NCBI GenBank assembly: GCA_019058315.1
Contig: JAHPZH010000001.1
Coordinates: 631,536 to 695,535 of the forward strand
Direction of reading: 5' to 3'
DNA length: 64,000 bases
From: Candidatus Helarchaeota archaeon
GTDB taxonomy: Archaea; Asgardarchaeota; Lokiarchaeia; Helarchaeales; RDOG01
Under the pieces are notes generated by a model that was not told the DNA's origin, did no database searches, and saw only the letters and a list, made by a program, of their open reading frames with translations. Of this stretch, positions 29,334 through 38,758 are shown in pieces (the stretch's first letter is position 1; every line of letters begins with the position of its first letter). Position numbers and translations under genes: made by a program.

Positions 29334-30569
29334 TTATTCTTCTTCTTTAATTAATAATATTAATATGAAGACAATTGCCAATAAGATTGTCTGTAATATT
29401 AATGCTGGGAAATAATCTTCACTAATTGGCAATTTCAAATCTTCTAATCCTAAAATGAATAAGATACCACCGATTTGTCCTACCATCATTAAGATTCCAT
29501 TTGAAGTGGCTTCTGGGACCGGTTTTGTGGCATCAACTGCGTATTCTAAACTGACAGGAGAGGCCGAGATCAAACCAAATCCAAAAATAAAACCTAATAA
29601 CCCCAATAGAATAGGATCTTTCGTAAAAGAAATTCCTAATAATGAAATCGTAGCAATTATAACTGAAATATTAAGTAATATTTTACGTTTTTTGTATTTA
29701 TCAGATATAATTGACATAATTAAGCTTCCTATTATGCCTCCTAATAAAATTAGAAGCCCAAATAGACCTGCAAATGCAGAATAATGACCTTTTGGAATCA
29801 CTATTCCTTCGATAAATGTTAATATTGTGTTGAAAATGCCTAATCCTATTAAAAAAGTAATTATTAATATCCAAAAATTAAAATTAGAAAATAATTTCTT
29901 TAGGCCTTCAAACATAAGAACTTTTTCAACGGTCACTTCTCTAGATGGTGGCGTAGGTGGTTTATTTTTTATAAAAATAATATAAATAATTCCTAGACTT
30001 AATGATAGAATTCCATACACATTTAACATATTTTGAAAATTAGGAAAATTATTCAATATTTCTATAAGATTGACACCTCCAACTATAAATGGAGTGATAA
30101 ATAGACCCATAGCAGTGCCTAAAAAAACTGATATTAATGCTATACCAGTTGCAGTGGTTCTTTCTGAAGGTTCAAACCAATTTGCAGATAATTTAGTTAT
30201 GCTATTTAACATAAATGGTTGTCCAATTGCGATACCTATTTGGAACAATAAAACAAGATCATAAGAACCAACTGAAAAAATACGTAAAAATCCACATACT
30301 GCAATAAACAAAGTACCGATTATCGTTCCGATTTTAAAATCATATTTATCTAATATCCAAGAAGCAATAAAAGTAACTGGAATGTAAACTACCATAAATA
30401 CTAAAGATAACAAATAAATTGATAATTCTTCAACTCCGTAGAATAATTGTGCTGCTGTGGTTACTGTTGCAAAACCTATCCATAAGATTTGAAGAACCAT
30501 ATTAACTAGCATAAATAAAATTAGTACAACCCAACGATATCCATAAATTTTTGGTTCAGTTTCAGTCAT
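29334..30569 (-). CDS. MFS transporter (FLVCR/SLC49-like)
   Basis: About 12 TMs; YGYRWVVL, IGQPF, SANWFEPSERTTATG and PVPEATSNG. Confidence 0.9.
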   Translation of the reverse strand: MTETEPKIYGYRWVVLILFMLVNMVLQILWIGFATVTTAAQLFYGVEELSIYLLSLVFMVVYIPVTFIASWILDKYDFKIGTIIGTLFIAVCGFLRIFSVGSYDLVLLFQIGIAIGQPFMLNSITKLSANWFEPSERTTATGIALISVFLGTAMGLFITPFIVGGVNLIEILNNFPNFQNMLNVYGILSLSLGIIYIIFIKNKPPTPPSREVTVEKVLMFEGLKKLFSNFNFWILIITFLIGLGIFNTILTFIEGIVIPKGHYSAFAGLFGLLILLGGIIGSLIMSIISDKYKKRKILLNISVIIATISLLGISFTKDPILLGLLGFIFGFGLISASPVSLEYAVDATKPVPEATSNGILMMVGQIGGILFILGLEDLKLPISEDYFPALILQTILLAIVFILILLIKEEE

Positions 30570-30745
30570 AATAACCTCTCATTAAAGTAATTTATAAAAA
30601 TTGTTATTTACAAATTTTTTAAAGATTAGTAAAATCACTTTTCTTATTTTTCTTTAGTGTAAATTTCTTTTTAAAGATCCAGTTATCAATTCTTTTGAAA
30701 GCATAAATGTGAATAAAATATCTAATAAATTACGGAGCAAACGGA

Positions 30746-31204
30746 ATGTCATATAAATGTGAAATTAAAGAAAAGTCCACACAACCTACACTAATAATCC
30801 GGAAAAAAACATCTGTACAGAACTTATCTGAACTATTAGGAAAATCATATGGCGAAATTATTATATATATCATGGAACTAGGGGAACAACCTTCAGGACC
30901 TCCCTATGTTGCATATTATAATACGGATATGCTAAATTTAGAAATTGAAATTGGTTTTCCGGTTTCTAAAAAGTTTTCTGATAAAGGTGATATTAAATCA
31001 AGTGAGATTCCTGGAGGAAAATTCGCAAATTGTCTCTATATTGGTCCTTATAATGAAATTGCAGCAGCTTATAATGCTCTTACAGAGTGGATTGAAAATA
31101 ATGGATATGAATCAACAGGAGTTGCATATGAAATATATCTAAATGATCCAAGAGAAACCCCACCTCATGATTTAAAAACTCAAATTATGTTTCCGCTTAA
31201 ATAA
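30746..31204 (+). CDS. GyrI-like small-molecule-binding protein
   Basis: EIGFPV, IPGGK, GPYNEI..AY..L and YEIYLNDP motifs. Confidence 0.9.
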   Translation: MSYKCEIKEKSTQPTLIIRKKTSVQNLSELLGKSYGEIIIYIMELGEQPSGPPYVAYYNTDMLNLEIEIGFPVSKKFSDKGDIKSSEIPGGKFANCLYIGPYNEIAAAYNALTEWIENNGYESTGVAYEIYLNDPRETPPHDLKTQIMFPLK

Positions 31205-31301
31205 TTAAGATTAAAAAAAATTGGGTTTAGTACTAATATGAACTATTGTTGAATAGAATAAATAAAACTCTTTTTTATTTTTTTAATATTCAGTAAATAA
31301 A

Positions 31302-31790
31302 TTATTTTACCACTAACACTGGACATTTTGCATGGTTTACAACTTCATTACTAACGCTACCTAGGAAAAATCTCTTAAGTCCACTTAGACCTCTGCTTCC
31401 TATAACTATAAGGTCCATTTTCTCATCTTCAGCAATTTGAATGATTGTATCTGCTGGTCTTCCTTCCATTAACTTGGGTTCAATTTCTAGATCAGGTTTT
31501 TTTTCTCTTGCCTTTTCGACAGCTTCAGCTAAAAGTTTTGCAGTAGAATCCATCAATTCCTTTGAATAAGTTTCAAGAATTTCTCCAGGAACAGGTGTCC
31601 CAATCATTCCTAGGGGTGTTGTGGCGTGATGGGATACACTTAAAACGGTAACTTTTGCTCCACACTTTTCTGCTAAATCAAGTGTAAAGTCCAAAGTTTC
31701 CTGAGCGTGTTTTGAACCATCAAATGCTACCAAAATTTTTTTCATCATTCTTTCACCTCCATATATATAAAAAAAGAATAATTTTCTCAT
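31302..31790 (-). CDS. Universal stress protein (UspA family); likely start at MMKK near 31748
   Basis: KILVAFDGS, DLIVIGSRG and LGSVSNEVVNHAKCPVLVVK motifs. Confidence 0.95.
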   Translation of the reverse strand: MRKLFFFYIYGGERMMKKILVAFDGSKHAQETLDFTLDLAEKCGAKVTVLSVSHHATTPLGMIGTPVPGEILETYSKELMDSTAKLLAEAVEKAREKKPDLEIEPKLMEGRPADTIIQIAEDEKMDLIVIGSRGLSGLKRFFLGSVSNEVVNHAKCPVLVVK

Positions 31791-32120
31791 ATAAAAATCC
31801 TTTTATTAAAATAAGATTTAAAATAGTTAATTTTCCTCAACCTATTATAAAAAAAGAGCGTTTAATTTTATTAAAAAGAGCCTTATTCATTGAAATAGAC
31901 TTCATATCTTCTCGCTAAAGTAAATAAAATAGTTATTTGAATATACTCCCTTTTTTCTTAATCTGATAACCTTAAAAATCATAATTTACTTAGGAATTTC
32001 GAGAAAAATATTTTCGAAAAAATTCACTTATCATACTCGCAATAATAAGTAAAAAAAGATAATTTGAATTAAATAAAAGAGAATATTATAGTATAAATTA
32101 ATTAAAATGAGGTTATTTAT

Positions 32121-32387
32121 ATGAGTGAAGAGGTTGTAACTTTAACATTTGAGAATGCCGCAACTAAAAAGGAATGGAAAGTCCCAGCTGTTTCTTCAGA
32201 GTTGATGAGGGATTATGTAGGTCAAGCAGCAAAACAATTATTTAAACCAATCCCTGCTAGAGTAGGGATTGCAACTAAAGATGGTCAAATCGTTCAAGAT
32301 TGGGGCGATAAATCAGTAAGTACAGTTTTAGAACTATATCGAACTAATTCCTTCGTTTTGGGAAGCCCAGATCAACTTGGTTTCTAA
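32121..32387 (+). CDS. UFM1-like ubiquitin-fold modifier
   Basis: 88 aa. AAKQLFKPIPARVGIATKDG aligns by eye with UFM1 AAEEFKVPAATSAIITNDG; C-terminal PDQLG-F with UFM1 PRDRVG-SC. Confidence 0.72.
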   Translation: MSEEVVTLTFENAATKKEWKVPAVSSELMRDYVGQAAKQLFKPIPARVGIATKDGQIVQDWGDKSVSTVLELYRTNSFVLGSPDQLGF

Positions 32388-32407
32388 TTTTTCTTATTGG
32401 TGTAGGC

Positions 32408-32956
32408 ATGGGTGAAGATAAGGACTGGCTAGATACTTCTAAATACATTGATAGCATTAGTATCGATTTTGATAGGGATTATCTCTCTAAGCATTTTCTA
32501 GATTTATACCAATTAAAAATAAAATCTCAAGTTATCATCAAAGAGCTACCAAAGTTTAAAAATACAATGAACGTAAGGTCAACCAATTGGCAAAAGAGAG
32601 TTGAAGAAGAATACGAAATTTTCAATATATTAAAGGGAAGATATATTGAACGCATTGGTTTTGCAGTTTTCAATGATTTAAAAGCAGTAGATTCCAACTC
32701 AAGAAAATGGACAGCGATGTATTATCGATCAAAACAATCTAGAGGGATTAATGTAAACATTACTCTAAGCTTGACGTATCCAAGAACTTTTCCTACCGCT
32801 TTGAGAAATGTTGGTGATCGACACTTAACACCTGGTGCAAAATGCTTTGGTGATTTAAAAACACGTTGGGCAAGAGATGGTAGTATGGGTATTTCGCACT
32901 TTTTAGTTATTATCGGCTATTATTTTGCAATAGAAAAACAAAGCCTTCGAGTTTGA
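32408..32956 (+). CDS. UFC1-like E2 conjugating enzyme (copy 1)
   Basis: IKELPKFK...WQKRVEEEY, TYPRTFP and KCFGDLKTRWARDGSMGISHFL, versus UFC1 SEIPVLK...WVQRLKEEY, TYPTTAP and [24 protein letters not shown]. Confidence 0.8.
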   Translation: MGEDKDWLDTSKYIDSISIDFDRDYLSKHFLDLYQLKIKSQVIIKELPKFKNTMNVRSTNWQKRVEEEYEIFNILKGRYIERIGFAVFNDLKAVDSNSRKWTAMYYRSKQSRGINVNITLSLTYPRTFPTALRNVGDRHLTPGAKCFGDLKTRWARDGSMGISHFLVIIGYYFAIEKQSLRV

Positions 32957-32963
32957 AAAATAA

Positions 32964-33494
32964 ATGCCAATAGATATAAAATTATTTGATGTAGGAAGTT
33001 CTATCGGTTATTGGGATTTTATCCGTGATGTTCCTTTATTTAAAACAGTTGCGACTACAAGTAGTAGTAAATGGAAAGAAAGGTTGAAAGAAGAATATGA
33101 AAAATTAAATTATCTGGCAAAATTAACTCAAAAAAATATAATTTTTGACAAAATAGAAGAAGATCGCTCAAATAAAAAAATATTTAACTGTGAAGGACAC
33201 TTTCCTTCTGGAAGAAAAATAACTTTTAATATTCGATTGCCTGTTAGATATCCAAATTCCATTCCTATTGCCGAAAATTTCTATATCCGTGATTGGTATG
33301 TAGGACTTGACAAATTTAAAGCTGCATGTTTTGGTAAAATAAAAGAAAAATGGCGAAAAGATGGTCGTATGGGTTTGGTTCACTTTTTGGTAATGCTTGC
33401 ACATTATACAACTTTTGCTGCATTTAGTATAAATACACCAAAAGTATCAAATTCAAAAAAGAAAAAGAGGTTAAAACAAAAAAGGCTTGGTTAA
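32964..33494 (+). CDS. UFC1-like E2 conjugating enzyme (copy 2)
   Basis: RDVPLFKT...WKERLKEEY, LPVRYPNSIP and ACFGKIKEKWRKDGRMGLVHFL; basic C-terminal tail. Confidence 0.8.
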   Translation: MPIDIKLFDVGSSIGYWDFIRDVPLFKTVATTSSSKWKERLKEEYEKLNYLAKLTQKNIIFDKIEEDRSNKKIFNCEGHFPSGRKITFNIRLPVRYPNSIPIAENFYIRDWYVGLDKFKAACFGKIKEKWRKDGRMGLVHFLVMLAHYTTFAAFSINTPKVSNSKKKKRLKQKRLG

Positions 33495-33497
33495 AAA

Positions 33498-35120
33498 ATG
33501 GAAGATGAAGATAAATATAAAATAGAAAAAATTGGAACGCCTGCAGGAGATGCTGCCTCTGCACAAAGCGTAGTAGATGCAATAAATTATATCTTATTGA
33601 AATTAAAAGAATTAGATGATTATTATACTGATAAACTAAAATTTCTTGATATTTCCTCCCTAGATCCGATGATAGAAGGAATACATGATAAGATCAATGA
33701 CTTAAAAATAACCCAAGACTTACTTACCCAAAAAATTTCCGAATTAGAAAAGGGAGAAAATATAAATAATCAAGTTTCCAATCAAACTTCAGTAATTACT
33801 CCAGATGCTGATGAGTCTGAAATAATCAGCGATTCACAAGAAATAAAAGAAATGGAAAGCAAAAAGACAAAAACCATCGATAAAAGTAATTTAGAGGATT
33901 TACTTAAGACAATTTTGAATCTACAAGGTGATTTAAGTCTCCTAAGTACATCTAAATTACCAGAAATTTATTCGATTTTACCCTATGAAGAAATTAAAAA
34001 ATCCCTTGAAGAGCTAGGTGGTTATATTGATCAAAAGGATCTTTTAGGATTAACGTTCAGTTTTTTAACATTACCTGATACGGAAATTCCAAAAAATTAT
34101 AAAATTATATTATATGGACCTGAAGGAAACGGTAAAACTTCCATAGTTCATGCATTAACAAAAAAATATGGGTATTCATTAATTCTAATAGATTTTCCAA
34201 AATTAATTACATATTCAGAGAATAAACAAATTCAGGAATTAATTTCTTTTTTCAAAAGTATTAAAGAAAATCAAGAGATCAAGCCTGCAATCTTATTTCT
34301 AGATAATCTTGAAATGATCACTGGAAAGCTATCTTCAAAATACATAATAAAAACCTTAATTCTTGAGATGGAAAAAATAAACCTAGCAGACCATAGAATT
34401 TTAATTGTGGCTGCTACAAGAGATTTAGAACAAATTGGAGAAGAAGTTTTAAAAAGTTTTGACGATTTTGTAGAATTTTCTAATCCTGATGATTTAGAAA
34501 AAAGTAAAATATTAAGAACACTTTTAGACGAAGTTAAATTAGAAAATGGATTAGATATTGATGAACTAACAAATAATTTGGCATTTGATATTGATACTAA
34601 AGACTTTTCATGTTTAGATTTAGAAAATATTTTAAAAATTGTAAAATTTTTATTGATAAAGGAAAGTAGAAATTACGCTATCAAAGCTGATTTTGATAAA
34701 GCTTTACAAAAAATAAAAAGTAGAAATAAGTTAATAAAACAAGAAAAATCAACAAAAACAGAACAAATTTCTGAAAAAGTAGAAAAAATTCAGAGCTTAG
34801 AGGATGAAATCACAAATTTAAAAAATATGATGTGGACATCTAAAGGAATTCTCAAACATAGTTTAAGGCTCGCATTATCTGAGAATTTTGATTTTGTACA
34901 TAGATTATTTAATTTATTTAAAGGTAATAATGCACCATTCACGATCAAAGAAGCAAGCAAAATTCTAGGAATTTCAATTACTGAAGCAAAGAAGGTTCTA
35001 AATAAAGATTCATTTCAAATAATTTTTCCCAAGATCATGAATACGTATCAACCCGCATTTGATCAGGTATTATTTGATGAAATCTCGTTGGAAATTGGCT
35101 TTGGGCTTCAAGGTGATTAA
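33498..35120 (+). CDS. AAA+ ATPase (classic clade, degenerate) with an N-terminal coiled coil and C-terminal HTH-like region
   Basis: Walker A YGPEGNGKT, Walker B ILFLDNLE and degenerate SRH AATRDLEQIGEEVLKSFD. Confidence 0.8.
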   Translation: MEDEDKYKIEKIGTPAGDAASAQSVVDAINYILLKLKELDDYYTDKLKFLDISSLDPMIEGIHDKINDLKITQDLLTQKISELEKGENINNQVSNQTSVITPDADESEIISDSQEIKEMESKKTKTIDKSNLEDLLKTILNLQGDLSLLSTSKLPEIYSILPYEEIKKSLEELGGYIDQKDLLGLTFSFLTLPDTEIPKNYKIILYGPEGNGKTSIVHALTKKYGYSLILIDFPKLITYSENKQIQELISFFKSIKENQEIKPAILFLDNLEMITGKLSSKYIIKTLILEMEKINLADHRILIVAATRDLEQIGEEVLKSFDDFVEFSNPDDLEKSKILRTLLDEVKLENGLDIDELTNNLAFDIDTKDFSCLDLENILKIVKFLLIKESRNYAIKADFDKALQKIKSRNKLIKQEKSTKTEQISEKVEKIQSLEDEITNLKNMMWTSKGILKHSLRLALSENFDFVHRLFNLFKGNNAPFTIKEASKILGISITEAKKVLNKDSFQIIFPKIMNTYQPAFDQVLFDEISLEIGFGLQGD

Positions 35121-35185
35121 AAATAAATGAAATAGCCAATAAGCACAAGTCTCCTGAAATGATTTTTGCTAGGAAGTGAAATCCC

Positions 35186-38100
35186 ATTTCAAATTTAAAA
35201 AAAGTCATAATAACAAATTTTAAAACCTTTTTGGGTCGCCACGAGTTAGAATTCCCAAAAAAAGGACTTAGTGTTCTAATTGGTCCTTGTGGTTCTGGAA
35301 AATCTAATGTGTTAGATGCTATTCTTTTTGCAATGGGAATTATTGATGAACGCCGGAAAAATACAGTATTAGAGGTTATTACAGAGGAGCATGAAACACA
35401 TAAACAGTTGGCAAATGCTGCAGAAGTAGAATTAATATTTGAAAATTTAGATGGTGTTCATTCTGAGAATGGGGGAAAATTAAATATTTCAAGGCAATTG
35501 AGAATCCCTGCAAGTGGTCAATTTTATAGCATCTATAAAATGAATGGTAATGAAAGTACAAGATCTGAAATTTTACAGACTTTAAACAAATTTGGAATTC
35601 AACCTGATGGATATAATATTATAAAACAAGGTGAAATTTCAACCCGAATGAAAGATACTCCTGAAAGTAGGAAACAGTTAATAGAAATTGTCTCAGGATT
35701 ATCAGAATTTGATCCTATGATTACAGACGCGGAAAGCAAAATCGATAATTCTCGTAACAATTTAAAACAAATCGATCTTTTACTGAAAGAATCTAAACGC
35801 CAATTATCTGAATTAGAAAAAGAGAAAGAAAGAGCTTTAGAATATAAAGAAATGGAGTCTAAATTAAGTCAATTAAAGGGATTAAAAATACAATATAGAA
35901 AATTTCAATATTTGGAAGATATTAAAAATTTAAAATTGGAAATTGGAAAAATTAAAAAAATTATTCAAGAAGTTGAATCAGAATCTGATAATCTCTTTCA
36001 AAATCTCAAAAAAAATGGGCAAAAAATTGAAGAATTTAGGCAAAAAATTACTGAACTTGAGAAAAATCGCAGTTCTCTTACTGGACATGCTAAATCTATT
36101 GACGATCAAATTCGAGAAATTGAACTAAAAATAAAACAAAACGAAGAAAAGCGTAAATATCAAAAGAAAGATAGAAAGGAAGCACTTCTAAGAGAAATTC
36201 AAAAATTGGAATCAAAAAGACTAGAAATTTCTTCAAAAATGGAAGAAAATGTTAAGAAAAACAATAAAATACAAGGAAATATTCGAGAAGTTCGAGATGT
36301 ATTAGAAAAATATAATAAAGAGCTTCCCGAATTACAAAGTAAGAATAAAGCTATTATATTGAAAATTAGTAACCTGAAAGATGAAATTAATAAACAAACC
36401 AGATTGAAAGATAAAATCGACAAAGAAGTTAGTGAATTACGAATTCGAAAGGATCAATCAGACTCTAAATTCGAAGAAGTCTCAGTAGATTTAGAAAGAA
36501 AAAACAGAAAATTAACTCAAATTAATTCAGAAATCAGTAATATGGCGACAAGAAAGAAAAATTATATTCAAACTATTAACTCAATTACGAAATTTTTTCA
36601 GGAGAGTTTAATAGAATTAAAAGAATTAGAGAAAAAACAACCCATTTTAGACCGAGATCTTAAAGATATGAAAGAATCATTGAAAAAATACGAAGAAGAA
36701 ATGAAAAGTTTGAAACCTCGTTACTCAAGCGATATCAAAGTTATTCTCGAAGGACGAGATAGTGGTAAACTCCCAGGATTAATTGGGACAATATTAGAAT
36801 TAATTAATATAAAAAATATTAATCCAAATTATGCAAAAGCTATTGAAGCAGCTATTAGTGATTATTTTGAACATCTTGTAGTTGAAAATTTTAATGCTTC
36901 AAAAAAAGTAATTGAATATGTAAAAGAAAAAGAATTAGGAAAAACAACTATATATCTTTTAGATAAGATTAAAGGGTGGGATGAAAAAAAACTTCCAATT
37001 TCCACTGGTATTATAGATAAAATGATTAATCTTGTCAAATTTGAGGAAAAATATCGTCAATTATTATCTTTCGTGTTTAAAGATACTGTATTGGCTCAAG
37101 ATTTAGAGACTGCATATAAAATCCATGAAGATTTTAGAGTTGTTACCTTGGAGGGTGAAGTTATTGAACGTAAAGGATATATTATAACCCAAGGAAGATT
37201 TGAACCCAAATTTCTCCTATTATCTGAATATTATAAGGTAAAAATTAAAGATCTTGAAGAAAGAATCCTAAATAAAAGTAAAGAATTGGAAGATATTACC
37301 AGAAAAATAAACAAAATATATGTTAAAAGAGAAAAAGAAGTAAAAAGAAAAGATGAATTAAATAGGTCTATAGGTCAAATTGATGGTAAACAAGAAGAAA
37401 TTATTAATACAAAAGCTGAGCTGGAACAAGATATTGAGGATTTAAGGCATCAAATAAATATTTTAAATGATAATATTGTTGATTATCAAGTAGAAATACA
37501 AAATAAACAAATGGACTTAGCAAATGCATTTAGTGGATTAGACGCTTTGAAATCAGAAAAAGAAAAACTAGATAAAGAATTAAAAACGACAGAATATGGT
37601 CCCATAGAGAAAAAAATAAGAGAAAATAATAATAAATTAAAAAAATTACGAAAAGATGTTAGAGATCTCGAGAAAAAAAGAAACAATTATCGAAATCAAT
37701 TAGTTGATGTCGATTCAAGCATTAAGATTTATAGAGAACGCTATAATTATTCAATTGCAAAAATAGATGAGTTAGATAATGAAAAAGATTCACTAGAAAA
37801 GCATATGGAAGAATTACTTTCAAAAATGGAATCGCAAAATACTGAAATCGCTGAAATTTACTTAGAAATACAAGAATTGGAGAGGGGACAGAAGAAATTA
37901 CAAGATGAAATGGAACTAAAAAAGGAGGAACAGGGTTTTAAAAATAATCAGATTTCCAAGTTAAATGAAAAAATTCATAGTTTAAATAACACAATTGCCA
38001 GAAAAGAAGCATTTATTGAAGAATCCGAAAGCAAGTTAGCCGAGTTAGGAATTGAGTATGATGAAATTCAAAAAATCGATATTGAAAACGTAAATGCTGA

Positions 38101-38758
38101 TATTTATTCATTGGAAAACCAAATGAAATTATTTGGATTAGTCGATCCTAATGCACCAATTAAGTATGAGCGGGAAAATTTAAAATATGAAGAAAGAATT
38201 ACAAAAAAAGAATTATATACAAGAGAGTTGGAAGAGGCTATGAATACATTTTCTGATCTAATTGAACAAAAGAAAACTAAATTCCTTGAAACTCTTGAAA
38301 AAATCAATATTCACTTAAAAAAGGTTTTTAATTACTTCTATAAAGAAGGTACAGCGAAGTTAGTTCCTCAAATTATTAAAGATCCGTTGAATTCAGGAAT
38401 AGAAATCGAAGTAGATTTGGGTTCTGGTATAATAAATAATATCAAAAGCCTTTCAGGTGGGGAGACTAGCTTAGTAGCTATCTCCGTCATCTTGGCTATT
38501 CAAGAATATGAAGGAAGATCTGCACCATTCTATTTCTTGGATGAATTGGATGCACACCTTGATAACACTAAGGGCGAAAAATTGGCCCACCTTATTGCAA
38601 AAATGGCCAAAAATCATCAATATATAATTGTCACCCCAAAAAACAAATATTTAGCAAAATTAGCTAATAGAGTTTTTGCTTTATCAAAAAACGAAAAAGG
38701 ATTTAGTTCCCTACAGTACATTTCCCAAAAAGATTTTGAAAAAGTGGAGGCAACATGA
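35186..38758 (+). CDS. smc: SMC chromosome segregation protein; start extended upstream of the called TTG at 35231 to a probable ATT at 35186
   Basis: In-frame upstream LKKVIITNFKTF, Walker A GPCGSGKSN, Q-loop IIKQG, long coiled coils, hinge (GLIGTILELI...VTLEGE), signature LSGGE and Walker B/D-loop FLDELDAHLD. Confidence 0.93.
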   Translation: MSNLKKVIITNFKTFLGRHELEFPKKGLSVLIGPCGSGKSNVLDAILFAMGIIDERRKNTVLEVITEEHETHKQLANAAEVELIFENLDGVHSENGGKLNISRQLRIPASGQFYSIYKMNGNESTRSEILQTLNKFGIQPDGYNIIKQGEISTRMKDTPESRKQLIEIVSGLSEFDPMITDAESKIDNSRNNLKQIDLLLKESKRQLSELEKEKERALEYKEMESKLSQLKGLKIQYRKFQYLEDIKNLKLEIGKIKKIIQEVESESDNLFQNLKKNGQKIEEFRQKITELEKNRSSLTGHAKSIDDQIREIELKIKQNEEKRKYQKKDRKEALLREIQKLESKRLEISSKMEENVKKNNKIQGNIREVRDVLEKYNKELPELQSKNKAIILKISNLKDEINKQTRLKDKIDKEVSELRIRKDQSDSKFEEVSVDLERKNRKLTQINSEISNMATRKKNYIQTINSITKFFQESLIELKELEKKQPILDRDLKDMKESLKKYEEEMKSLKPRYSSDIKVILEGRDSGKLPGLIGTILELINIKNINPNYAKAIEAAISDYFEHLVVENFNASKKVIEYVKEKELGKTTIYLLDKIKGWDEKKLPISTGIIDKMINLVKFEEKYRQLLSFVFKDTVLAQDLETAYKIHEDFRVVTLEGEVIERKGYIITQGRFEPKFLLLSEYYKVKIKDLEERILNKSKELEDITRKINKIYVKREKEVKRKDELNRSIGQIDGKQEEIINTKAELEQDIEDLRHQINILNDNIVDYQVEIQNKQMDLANAFSGLDALKSEKEKLDKELKTTEYGPIEKKIRENNNKLKKLRKDVRDLEKKRNNYRNQLVDVDSSIKIYRERYNYSIAKIDELDNEKDSLEKHMEELLSKMESQNTEIAEIYLEIQELERGQKKLQDEMELKKEEQGFKNNQISKLNEKIHSLNNTIARKEAFIEESESKLAELGIEYDEIQKIDIENVNADIYSLENQMKLFGLVDPNAPIKYERENLKYEERITKKELYTRELEEAMNTFSDLIEQKKTKFLETLEKINIHLKKVFNYFYKEGTAKLVPQIIKDPLNSGIEIEVDLGSGIINNIKSLSGGETSLVAISVILAIQEYEGRSAPFYFLDELDAHLDNTKGEKLAHLIAKMAKNHQYIIVTPKNKYLAKLANRVFALSKNEKGFSSLQYISQKDFEKVEAT

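Noticed and set aside
31998-32018. Imperfect palindrome TTCGAGAAAAATATTTTCGAA upstream of the Ubl operon
   Set aside because: It is imperfect and AT-rich, so it could arise by chance; there is no second copy to support an operator.
35177-35179. Selenocysteine readthrough of the TGA upstream of smc
   Set aside because: It is not a Cys-equivalent position and no SECIS is evident; the TGA is part of the SD-like sequence.
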